Shown here: positions 47,550 through 59,028 of the stretch, one piece after another
Numbering within the stretch: position 1 is the stretch's first letter
Layout: each line of letters begins with the position of its first letter
NCBI RefSeq assembly: GCF_046119375.1
Contig: NW_027366436.1
Coordinates: forward strand, 1-64,000
Origin: Phyllobates terribilis
Lineage: Eukaryota
DNA length: 64,000 nt
Reading direction: 5' to 3'
Made by a program: the position numbers and the translations under genes
Notes under the pieces: model-generated
Told to the model about the DNA's origin: nothing
The model's input: the letters and a program-made list of their open reading frames with translations, nothing else
Database searches by the model: none

Positions 47550-50500
47550 TGATCGGAGCTTGTTATATGGTGTTAACTAGTGACTATTAGATTAGTTTTA
47601 GTGGTGTTTAGGTGCTTAACAAGTGGTATGCCCGGAATCCGGTTTGAAGTTCATTTATGGATTAGAGGGATGATCGTAAGTGGTTTTGAGTGGTTTTGTT
47701 ATAGAGATCCCGTTTGTGCTCACTTTTAGTGCATTCGGGATGGAGCTAGAGAAAGTATGCCACGCCTACACCCCAGGAGAAGCCGAGAGGCGAAGCCGAG
47801 CTGCCTCGATGCTTTTAGAAGATAGAAGTCCATCTCAGGAGAAGAAGTCACGACCGAGATGGAGCATCACGACCGGGAATCAGCCTCAGTTGAAGACGTC
47901 ACGACCGAGACAGATATGTCACGACCGTGACTTAACCGCAGTTGAGGTGTCATGACCGATAGGCTTTGTCACGATCGTGGCCAACACAAGACTGAGAACT
48001 GGAGCAAGATCACGATCGTGACCCCTGTGTCACGATTGTGACGCAGATACGGACGACCCATAATTGAAGATTTATTCCGAGATTTTATTAGTTATTTCCA
48101 CATCTTTTGATATATTTGCATTTATTTTATTTCCCTTTTATTAGAGACTATATAAGTCTTAGGAAATTAGGTTAGATTAATCATTCATTCTTTCTTTCAT
48201 TTACATAGAATTCAGCATCAGCCAGAGAAAGCTTCCACCTTTGTTCCACCTTCACTCATCTCCCCTGGTTTGTTTTCCCATCATCATTCATATGTATTCA
48301 TTGCTTTCTATGGCTATGTCTGGCTAAGTTCATCATAGTTCACTCTTTAGGCTGAAGCCGTTGTTCTAGGCTTGTTGTGAGAATTCTAACGCTTATGTTC
48401 TAGTTTAATTTCAGGATTGTTTTATAATCTCTTGTGCTTTATTAGTATCATTGATTGGTCTTGATTTTATCTAGGTTGCAAACTAGGTTGATTATTATCC
48501 ATCATATTGCTAGGCTAGATAATTCGATTTAAAAGTCTTGTCTTTAGGTAGAGAGCATGATTTGCATAGACTATTTGCGAGTGCTTATTGTGTAGAGATT
48601 ATAAACCTGTGTCGAGTATCGGTGATTTGCCAATGGTATTGCATAGGCCTACTTATCATTGATCTTCATGCTGTTGTGTTTTTGAATCTTGGGATTTCCT
48701 TGGTTATTGCATAATAAGGGTCTCTAGAACTATTTGGACTAGTTGCTATTTACGAACAAAGAGTAGGACAACCGGATTAACCAATTCAGAATATAAGTAA
48801 CTAGAATTTGATGACCAACATTCTAATTGAATAATGCGCTGATGCTAGAGGAGTGAACTTCATATCCATAATTGTTTACAACCCAACCAATATATTGCTT
48901 TCATACTTGCTTAATTTCTTAGTTAATTAAGATCACACATAAAACCCCCCAATTGTTACTACTTGGTTACATAATTGGAAATAAACTATCGTTCTGGCTC
49001 TCTTGGGATTTGACCCCTACTTACCACTCTGCTAGTGGATTCTTTAGTTGGGTATCTTTGATAGGCACAACGACTTTAGCCTCATCAAATTTTGGCGCCG
49101 TTGTCGGGGAGCCAACTGTTATAGTTTATTTCTATTTGTGTTACTACTTTAGTGTGGACCTATCTTATGGTCCACACTCGCGCTACTGATCCAGATTTAT
49201 TTGTTTACGATCCAGAAATAGAGCGGATGTTTTTGCATACTTTAAGGAAAGGGATTCACGACTTGGTGATTGACAACATGGCTGGAAATCAAACGCTGTG
49301 ACAACTTACGGACCCAGACCTGACGCAACAACACCTAGGAGTAACGCTGACTGCCCTAAATGCTGGTGTTACGTTCGAGCTCAAGACTGGTTTCATCAAT
49401 CTGCTAACGAAATTCCATGGCCTGGTTAGGGAAGACCCGATTATGCATCTGAGTGAGTTTCACGACATCTGCAGCTGCAGTAAGCCGAGTAATGTCACCG
49501 ACGAGCAGATAAAGATGAGAGCTTTCAGTCTTACGTTGAAAGATAGTGAGCGACAATGCTACTATTTTCTACCCACATGGAGTATCGACACTTGGGAGAA
49601 TCTACACAAAGCCTTCCTTAGTAAATATTTCCCGTCCAAGAAGGTTGTTGCTTTGAAAAGAGCAATTTCTATGGTGGATCAACATGATGACGAGTCACTG
49701 TACGACTACGTCGAGAGGTTCGCAAGATTATGCGCTAGCTTCCCATTCCATGGGTTTGAGGAGAAGGATTTGATGACCCACCTACACAATGGGTTGCTTG
49801 ATCATGAGAGGAGGCTAGTAGACGCTGCCTGCAACAGTAGTGTGCTGAATTTGACTCATGCTGAAGCCAGAGCCCGAATAAACGAAATAGCTGAAGGGAC
49901 TAGGAGTTTTGGCAGGACCTATACAAAGAGAGGAGCTAACGCTGTAAGCGCCGGAGAGGCTGGATGGAAGAGTGAATTTGCTGAACTAAAGAGCTTGATA
50001 AAGGGGATGGCCATCGGAAACCAGAAGCCAGCACAACTATGTGGCATATGCGCAAATGAAAGCCACCCTACTGATATGTGCCCGCAACTCCAGGATCCGA
50101 CGATTGCTGAAGTTCACGCGGTGGGAGGTTTCGAACCTCTTAGGCCTCGCTACGACCAAAATAACAATTATAATCAGCGAGGTAACGATAATCCTGGCTT
50201 TAGGAGGAACGATCCGGTTGGTGGACAAAATCAAGGCTACTACCAAAATCAATACCAAAACAACCACTACCGCGCTCCATACCAACCGAAACCTCAAGAG
50301 CCATCCATGGAGGAAATGCTCAGATCTTTGACCCAGCACTTCACCACCCATGTCCAAACAACCGAATCAAGCATCAAGAGTCTCGAGAAACAATTTGGGC
50401 AATTGGCCGAAGCTGTCTCTAACTTCACGCAACAAAACTCGAGGAATCTTCCCTCTCAAACCGAGAGGAATCCGAGATAGAACATTAGCGCCATGCACTT

Positions 50501-53500
50501 GAGAAGTGGACGAAAACTCGAAGAAAAGGTAGAAGAAGAGATGTTGCAGAAGGAGTCTGAACAGTTGTCACGACCGAGACATGGATGTCACAATCGAGAT
50601 TTGGCCTCAGAGGAAACGTCACAATCAATACAGGTTGATCACGACCAAGAAGGCGGTGATTTGGTTTCCGAAAAAATCAACAAAAAGGGTAACGACCGTG
50701 ACACTATGTCATGATCGAGACTAAGCCCCAGTTTAGTTGATCAAGACCGTGAAAAAATGGTCATGACCTCCTCCTGCACATGACGAGCCTGAATCTTCAA
50801 TGCCACGACCGAGACCTAGTGGTCACGACCGTGACTCCACCCCAGTAAGTGATGACGATGACTATGAGGACAGAGGTGACTTCAAGCTACGAAAAGAAAA
50901 CTATGTGAGACCCAACTTTCCTCTGTTCTACTCCGAGAAACCACGTGCACCATTCCCAGAAGCCTTGAAGGACACACGCAGACCCGCGAATGACAAGGAA
51001 CTCTTCGGAATGTTCAGTAAGTGTGAGGTAAACATCCCTTTACTTAACCTCGTTAAAAGTATTCCTCGTTATGCTAAGTTCTTGAAGGAGCTCTGCACCA
51101 TCAAGAGGAACCAGAAGCTGAAAGGGAAACAAAAGGTGCGGGTCAGCGAGAGAGTTTTTGCCGCAATCCAGCAGAAGATAGCAAGGAAGTGCTCAGACCT
51201 AGGTATGGTTAGTATTCCCTGTATTATCGGTGAGAAGAGGATTAATAAGGCCATGCTAGATCTGGGTGCTTCTATTAATGTCATGCCTTACTCATTATAT
51301 AAGCTGCTAGGGCTAGGACCCCTGACTGAAACAGGGATTGTGATTCAGCTTGCTGACAGGTCAGTGGTTTACCCGAAAGGGATAGTCAAAGATGTGTTGG
51401 TAATGGTTGATAATTTGATATTTCCAGCTGACTTTTATGTGCCAGATATGGAGCATGACAAGCAAGCTGCGCCTATCCTCCTGGGTAGGCCCTTCATGAA
51501 GACAGCTAATACCAAAATAGATCTAGCAAGTGGGTCACGGACACTTGAGTTTGATGGAGATATAGTTAGCTTTAACATATTTGAGGCTATGAAACATACT
51601 ACAAATGATAACTCTGTTTTCTCTATTGATGTGATTGACCCTATTGTTCAGGAAATTTTTGATGTGTGTGGGATTGATTCACTTAAATCTGTCGTAGAAA
51701 ATAGCATTGTAAGCTCTAAAAAGCATGGTATGATAGTATCCGCTGATGTGCATGAGGTCCTGACTGAGTTTTATGCTCTAGGTACCCTTTTGGCCGATGG
51801 GCCCGCGTTACTTATATTTTCGAGCGAGAAACCGCTCCCTTCTATTGTGCAGGCACCCACCATTGAGCTACAAGAGCTACCTTCACACCTAAAGTATGCG
51901 TTCCTCGGCCAAGGAAACAGTTTGCCAGTCATCATCTCAAGTGCTCTTGCAAAGGAACAGGAAGAGAAGCTGGTGCAGGTCTTGAAGAGCAACATCACAG
52001 CATTAGGGTGGTCCATTGCTGACACCAAGGGGATAAGCCCCTCCACCTGCATGCATAGGATTTTACTTGACGAAGGAGCTAAACCAAGCCGACAACCTCA
52101 ACGACGATTAAATCCTCCCATGATGGAGGTGGTGAAGAAAGAGGTGCTGAAATTGTTGTCAGCTGACATGATCTATCCAATTTCTGACAGCCGGTGGGTC
52201 AGCCCGACTCAGGTCGTTAAGAAGAAGGGAGGGATCACCGTAGTGGAGAATGAGGCCGGTGAAATGGTGCCGCAAAGAACACAGAATGGATGGCGTGTTT
52301 GCATCGACCACCGCAAGCTGAACGCGGTAACCCGTAAGGATCACTTCCCTCTCCCTTTTATTGACCAAATGCTAGAACGTCTTGCAGGTTGCGCATATTA
52401 TTGTTTTCTTGATGGATACTCGGGTTACTTCTAGGTGGCCATAGCGCCAGAAGACCAGGAGAAGACCACCTTCACATGTCCTTTTGGCACCTTTGCATAC
52501 CGCAAACTGCCGTTCAGACTATGCAATGCACCTGGTACATTCCAACGATGTATGGTGAGCATCTTCTCCGAGTACATAGGTATTCATGGATGATTTTACA
52601 GTCCATGGCGATTCCTTCGATGCGTGTTTGCATAACTTGACACTTGTACTACAAAGATGTGTTGAAACCAACTTGATCTTAAATTCTGAAAAGTGTCATT
52701 TTATGGTCAATCACGGCATTGTGTTGGGTCATATTGTATCCTCTAAAGGGATTGAGGTCGATAAGGCAAAGATTGATGTAATTCAGTCTTTACCTTATCC
52801 TACTAATGTGCGTGAAGTTTGTTCTTTTCTAGGCCATGCAGGTTTCTATCGCAGGTTTATAAAAGACTTCTCCAAGATCGCGACACCACTATGTGAGCTG
52901 TTGAAGAAGGAGGTGGATTTTGTCTTCACCGACGAGTGTAAGCTTGCATTCAACACTTTAAAATCACACCTCATTACTGATCCTATCATCAAAGCGCCGG
53001 ATTGGTCCCTACCATTCGAGATCATGTGCGACGCTAGTGACTATGCCGTAGGAGGCGTTCTTGGCCAGAAGGTTGGGCGAGCAATGCATGTTATCTACTA
53101 CGCCTCAATGACCCTGAGCAGCGCCCAAAAGAACTACTCCACCATCGAAAAAGAGTTGCTAGCTGTAGTCTACGCCCTGGACAAATTCAGACAATATTTA
53201 CTTGGCGTTAAGATGATCATCCACACCGATCACGCAGCTATTCGTTACCTCATGACGAAGAAGGAGTCAAAGCCTAGACTCATCTGGTGGGTTTTATTGT
53301 TGAGTGAGTTCGATGTGGAGATTCGGGACAAAAAGGGTTCCGAGAACTCCTTGGCGGACCATCTCAGCTGCATTGTTCGTGATGGTGGTGAAGAGGCAAG
53401 ACCGAGGCTGGGCGACTTTCCAGACGAGTCCTTGTGCCGAATTGAAATTTCATATGCCCAAAAATTACACGTGTCACGACCGAGATATCTCCTCACGACC

Positions 53501-54888
53501 GAGATGGCGGTCCCTGAGATGAATCAAACGAAAGCGGTGAAAACTGGACCGAAGTCTCGGTTGAGACAGGTCTATCATGGTCGAGAATTACCCTCAAAGA
53601 AGTCCGACCCAGATGTCACGACCGTGACACACCATCACAACCGTTACCTGACCCCAGAATCACTTATGTACGCCTCCGAAGCTCAACTGCTCGCTCTCCG
53701 CTCCCTCAAGCCATGGTACGCACACATTGTAAACTACCTAGTTCGCGAGGAGTTCCCTCCTAACTACACCAAGGCTCAACGCAAAAAATCAAGAGTGAGG
53801 CGAAATACTATGTGTGGGATGATCCTTACTTGTGGAAACATTGCGTGGATAAGGTAATCCGACGATGCCTCCCGGATAGCGAGGTACAATCTGTCCTTTC
53901 TTTTTGTCACTCTTACGCATGTGGGGGGGAATTTCGGGCCTAATAAGACTGCTAGGAAGGTACTTGACACTGGTTTCTTTTGGCCACACATCTTTCGAGA
54001 TGCATATGCTTTTTGTCAAACTTGTGATAGGTGCCAGAGGATAGGGAAAATATCCCGAAGGAATGAAATGCTACAAACACCGTTAGTCTTTTGTGAGATC
54101 TTCGATGTTTGGGGGATAGACTTTATGAGACCTTTTCCTAACTCTTTTGGGAATCTATATATATTGCTTGCAGTGGACTATGTTTCCAAATGGGTGGAAG
54201 CAAAAGCCACCAGAACTGATGATTCGAAAGTAGTTGCAGGTTTCCTTAGGGAGAACATTTTTGCTAGATTTGGAATTCCCAGGGCCCTTATCAGCGATCA
54301 GGGTACCCACTTCAGTAGTAAGACGATCAGCGCTCTACTAAAGAAATATGGAGTAACTCAGCGAATCTCTACAGCATATCATCCGTAGAGCAATGGTCAA
54401 GCTGAGGTTTCCAATCGATAAATCAAGGGGGTGCTGGAAAAGACAGTTGCTCCGAATAGGAAAGATTGGAGTCTCCCGTCTCGATGACGCATTATGGGCC
54501 TACCACACAGCATACAAAACGCCCATCGGGATGTCCCCATACCATCTAGTGTTCGGAAAGGGATGTCATCTGCCAGTGGAGCTCGAGCATAAAGCATGGT
54601 GGGCGGTCCAGAAATGTAATATGGAGATAAATGAAGCTGGCAAGCACCGGAAACTGCAGCTGCATGAGCTGGAAGAGATACGCCAAGAAGTGTACGATAA
54701 CGCGATGATATACAAAGAGAAGACCAAAGCATGGCATGACAAGCACATACTGCACAAGGCTTTCAATGTGGGGACAAGGTCCTACTCTATAACTCGTGCC
54801 TTCAACTCTTCCCAGAGTAGTTGCGGTCTAGATGGAGCGGGCCCTATGTGATATCCCGTGTCTTTCCTCATGGGGCGGTGGAGCTTTT
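47550..54888 (+). mobile_element. Athila-lineage Ty3/gypsy element (5' LTR to integrase); 3' part lost
   Basis: 5' LTR 47550-49087 (TGATCGG...CTCATCA), Athila-type PBS TGGCGCCGTTGTCGGGGA at 49093. gag (FHGLVREDPIMHLSEF), PR (AMLDLGASINVMP), RT, RH and INT (FDVWGIDFM) present. Confidence 0.94.
49278..54888 (+). pseudogene. Athila gag-pol, disrupted
   Basis: ORFs 49443-50480, 50800-52434, 52586-53857, 53921-54388 and 54393-54851, joined by stops and frameshifts. Confidence 0.92.
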
Positions 54889-56260
54889 TGATGGGCGACT
54901 AATGGTCGTTGTGCCTATCAAAGATACCCAACTTAACAAATCCACTAGTAAAGCGGTAAGCAGGGGTCGAATCCTAAGAAAGCCAGAACGATAGTTTATT
55001 TCCTATGGTGCTACCAACTAGTAACTATGGGGGTTTTTATGTGTAATCTTAGTAACTAAGCAAATGTAAAAGCAATGTTGGTTGGGTTGTAAATAATTAT
55101 GATTATGAAGCTCACTCCTTCTAGCATCAGCGCATTATTCAATTGGAATGTTGATCACTGAATTATATTAATTTATATTCTGAATTGGTTAATTCGGTTG
55201 TTCTACTCTTTGTTCGTAAATAGCAATTAGTCCAAATAGTCCTAGAAACCCTTATTGTAAGCAATAACCAAGGAAATCCCAAGGTTCAAAAGCACAACAA
55301 CATAAAGATCAAAGATAAGTAGGCCTATGCAATACCATTGGCAAATCGCCGATACTCGACACAGGTTTATAATCTCTACACAATAAGCACTCGCAAATAG
55401 TCTATGCAAATTCTGCTCGCTACCTAAAGAAAAGACTTTTCAAATCAAATTATCAAGCCTAGCAATATGATGGATAATAATTAACCTAGTTTGCAACCTA
55501 GATAAAATCAAGATCAATCAATGAAACTAATAAAGCACAAGAGATCATAAAACAATCCTGAAATTAACTTTAGAACATAAACATTAGAATTCTCACATCA
55601 AACCTAGAACAATGGCTTCAGCCCAAAGAGTGAACTAGAAAGAATTTAGCCATTCGAAAGCAATGAATAATATGGATGAATGATGGAAAACAAACTAGGG
55701 AAGATGGTGAAAGTAGAATAAAGGTGAAAGCTTTCTACTTGGCTGTTGCTGAGTTCTAACTAAATGAAAAGTGGCAAAAGAATAATGAGGTCTCTCCTTT
55801 ATAACCTAATTTCCTAAGGCTTATATAGTCTCCAATTAAAGGGAATAAAATAAATGCAAATAACTAAAAAGATGTGGAAATAACTAATAAAATCTCGGAT
55901 CAAATCTTCAATTAATGGGTCGTCCGTGTCCGCGTCACGATCGTGACATAGGGGTCGCAATTGTGACTTTGCTCCAGTTCTCAGGTCCGTGGGATGGTCG
56001 CGATAGTGATAGATATTCTCGGTCATGATACCTCAACTGCGACTAAGTCGCGATTATGACATGCCTGTCTCGGTCGTGACAACTTCAACTGAGGTTGAAT
56101 CCCCGGCCGTGATGCTCCATCTCGGTCGTGAATTCTCCTCCTGAGATGGTCTCCGGTCTTCTACAAGCATTGAGGCAGCTCGGCTTCGCCTCTCGGCTTC
56201 TCCTTGGGTGTAGGCGTGGCATACTTCCTCTAGCTCCATCCCGAATGCACTAAAAGTGAG
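54889..56260 (-). mobile_element. Second Athila-family LTR inserted in opposite orientation into the Athila integrase; truncated at ~56260
   Basis: Starts exactly at an LTR terminus (TGATGGG...GTTGTGCCTATCAAAGATACC) and aligns in reverse with 47550-49087. The last ~170 bp are missing. Confidence 0.9.
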
Positions 56261-57780
56261 AACAGCTGGGAAGATGATTACTTTGTGCGCACGAGTAGTT
56301 GCCAGTGTAGTGAAGCAAGATGATTACTTTGTGCGCAAGCCAGATGTTGCTGGCCGTCCGGGGTTATCCATCCACACTCTAAAAATGGCCCGCAACCAAG
56401 CGAATGCTAGCTTATGGGTATTGTACCGACGCGGTTGATGAGTATTGCCGCATGGGTGAAAGTACGACTCTGGAATGTCTCTCGCATTTTTGTGACTTTG
56501 TGGTTGCAGAGTTTGGTGCAACCTACATGAGGAGGGCCAATGAAGACGACGTACGACAACTTCTATCAATCAACGGTGCAGAAAGCTTTCCGGGCATGCT
56601 TGAGAGTATCGACTGTATGCATTGGACATGGAAGAATTGTCCCACGGCGTGGCACGGCTAATTCCAAGGAAAAAGCAAAACACCTACCCTTGTTTAGAAG
56701 CTGTAGCGTCCCAAGACACTTGGATATGACATTCATTCTTTGGGATTTCTAGGATATTCAATGAATTAACAATTGTACAACATTCACCGATGTTCGATGA
56801 TCTTCTGAACGGCACGCCACCTCCGGTGGAATTTATGGTGAATGACCATCAGTACGACATGCCGTACTACCTAACAGATGACATCTATCCACCTTGGGAT
56901 ACGTTTGTGAGTGCCATCCCCAATCTCATAAATCATATAGAATCAAAGTTCTCTCAACTTCAGGAGTCTTGTCAGAAATGTGTGGAGCGTGCTTTTGGAG
57001 TTTTGCAAGCATGTTTTGCAATAATACGAAATCCGGTTCTTTCCCACAGAGATCCACACTTTGTAAGATCATGGATTGTTGCATCACACTCCACAATATG
57101 ATAGTTGAGGATGAGCGCCACCCATACAGAAACTATGAAAGGGAAAGTATTGGGAATTTCAATGATGAAATGCATATCCGACGGGCGACTTCTACAATAA
57201 ACTATTTTGATGATTACATGAATATTAACCGTCGAATGCATATCATCGACACGCATGAAGGACTCACTGCAAACTTGATACAACATATTTGGAGGATATG
57301 TTGACTGTCCGAGCTTCATCAATCGTGTGTCTTGTTTGTTTTAAGTTTGATGCAGTTATGTCTGTTGTTCAATTCGGTTATTTTCTCTAGTTCACGTATT
57401 GTATCATGTTGCTTTGTAGTTTTTTAATTTCGGTATCGTTATGTTTGTCGTTCAATTCGGTTGTTTTCTGTAGTTCACGTCTTGGAACATGTTGCTTTGT
57501 AGTATTTTAATTTCGGTATCGTTAGTTAACACTATATTAATAATAAAATTATTTTTAATAAAATTAGCAATTTAACACTATATTAACAATAAAATTAATA
57601 AAATAACAATCAAAACACAAACATATCATTTATTATATAAAAAAACTAAAACTAAAATAAAATATAGCATGGTGCCTAGACATCGTGTCGCACCAAAGCA
57701 GGAAACGCGCACGATACCTAGACATTGCGCCAAAAACCCGCACGATGTCTAGGCACCATGCTACACCAATGTGGATGGTC
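56261..57780 (+). mobile_element. PIF/Harbinger element, 5'-truncated (plant transposase PF04827-type)
   Basis: RMLAYG..TDAVDEYCRMGEST, SIDCMHWTWKNCPTAWHG, YYLTDDIYP and VERAFGVLQ. Right TIR ...CCAATGTGGATGGTC|TAA, with a 21-bp subterminal inverted pair at 57667 and 57741. Confidence 0.9.
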
Positions 57781-57959
57781 TAAGTGAGGCCGTCAAGGGT
57801 GGGATGAAAAGCAGAGAAGAAAGAACACATTATATAACTAAGAGGGGGAGTTATGTTTCTAGATTTCTTGGTTTATAAATCAAGAGGGTGAGCTTTATGG
57901 AAATTCTAATTATAAGAGAGGCTTTCCGAAACTTTCGAGCGATTTGACCCAATAATTAA

Positions 57960-58260
57960 ACTCACATAGCTAAGTAAAAACCCGATCCGGCCAAACTTGG
58001 CCCAAAACCCACTTGATTTTAAAATAAATCGCTCTTGATCCGATTCATACCGAAATGGAAAAATCTGACTCGACCAAAACCGATTCAACAAAAATTTGAC
58101 TCAACCGATGTCTGAAACAACCCCAATTTATTTGATCCTACAATCGAACTTGACCGACTAACTAAAAAAACCAATCCGACCTGATCCAATCCGGATTGGA
58201 TCGATGTTCCATCACGCACATAATTGACCTGAATCCAGAAACCGAAATAACCCAATCAAA
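57960..58260. repeat. ACCCGA/ATCCGA-rich degenerate MITE-like tract
   Basis: Many CCGA-core short repeats typical of hAT MITE subtermini. No clear ends. Confidence 0.35.
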
Positions 58261-59028
58261 GGCCTACATGATCACTATACATGTCGTCTCTTTCTTTACT
58301 CTTAAGAATAACTTGGATGTAGCTCATTTATAGTTTTCCTTTTTCTCATGAACAATGAATGTGCCGATGACATTGTAGTTCCTCCACATGAAAGTGAAAC
58401 CAACAATTTCAAAGACAAAGATATTGTATACACAATACTTTTGCTCATCAGCCTGGCATGATCCGCCCGATTGCCACGCTTAAGTTCTTATGGTTCAATG
58501 ATATACACAATACTTTTGCTCAAATCGTAATATTCTCCTCAGACAGATGGACCAAGGGTTAATTAGAAATTTAGAATGTTTCTTGATTTGCAATAGCTGC
58601 TTACAGAGAAAAAAAAAGTGCAGTTGAAATGAACCCAATGTTAATCCTGCTTGATCCCGAGTCCTGAATCTATAAATGATTATCCTAAATGCAAGACAGG
58701 TAAAACCAAGAATACTGATCAGAATATCACCTTTGAGCCATGCTATGGATGCACTGCTCTTAAAATATAATTGCAGTAAATTATAAAAAGTGTTACAATA
58801 AAATCTGAAGTATGCTCAAAGATACCAATGGCTTTCATCACAGAGATTGAAACGATACAGAGTTAGGCAAGCTTCTAAAATCCCAGATTTAACCCTTGTG
58901 AAGAAATGAAGTTCCAAGAAAGAAGAAAACAAAATGAAGAGAAAATAATCAATCTCAAAAAATTCCTTCTTTTGCACTATTTGCACTGAGAAAATGATCA
59001 ATACACCTTTCTTATAACAAACTCGATC

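Noticed and set aside
10424-49110. tRNA genes at 10424, 21048, 22610, 39616 and 49093
   Set aside because: These are 12-18-nt primer-binding sites adjacent to LTR ends, not tRNA genes.
47550-56260. One element with inverted LTRs, or an inversion
   Set aside because: The second LTR starts at an exact LTR terminus inside integrase coding sequence, which fits a separate insertion.
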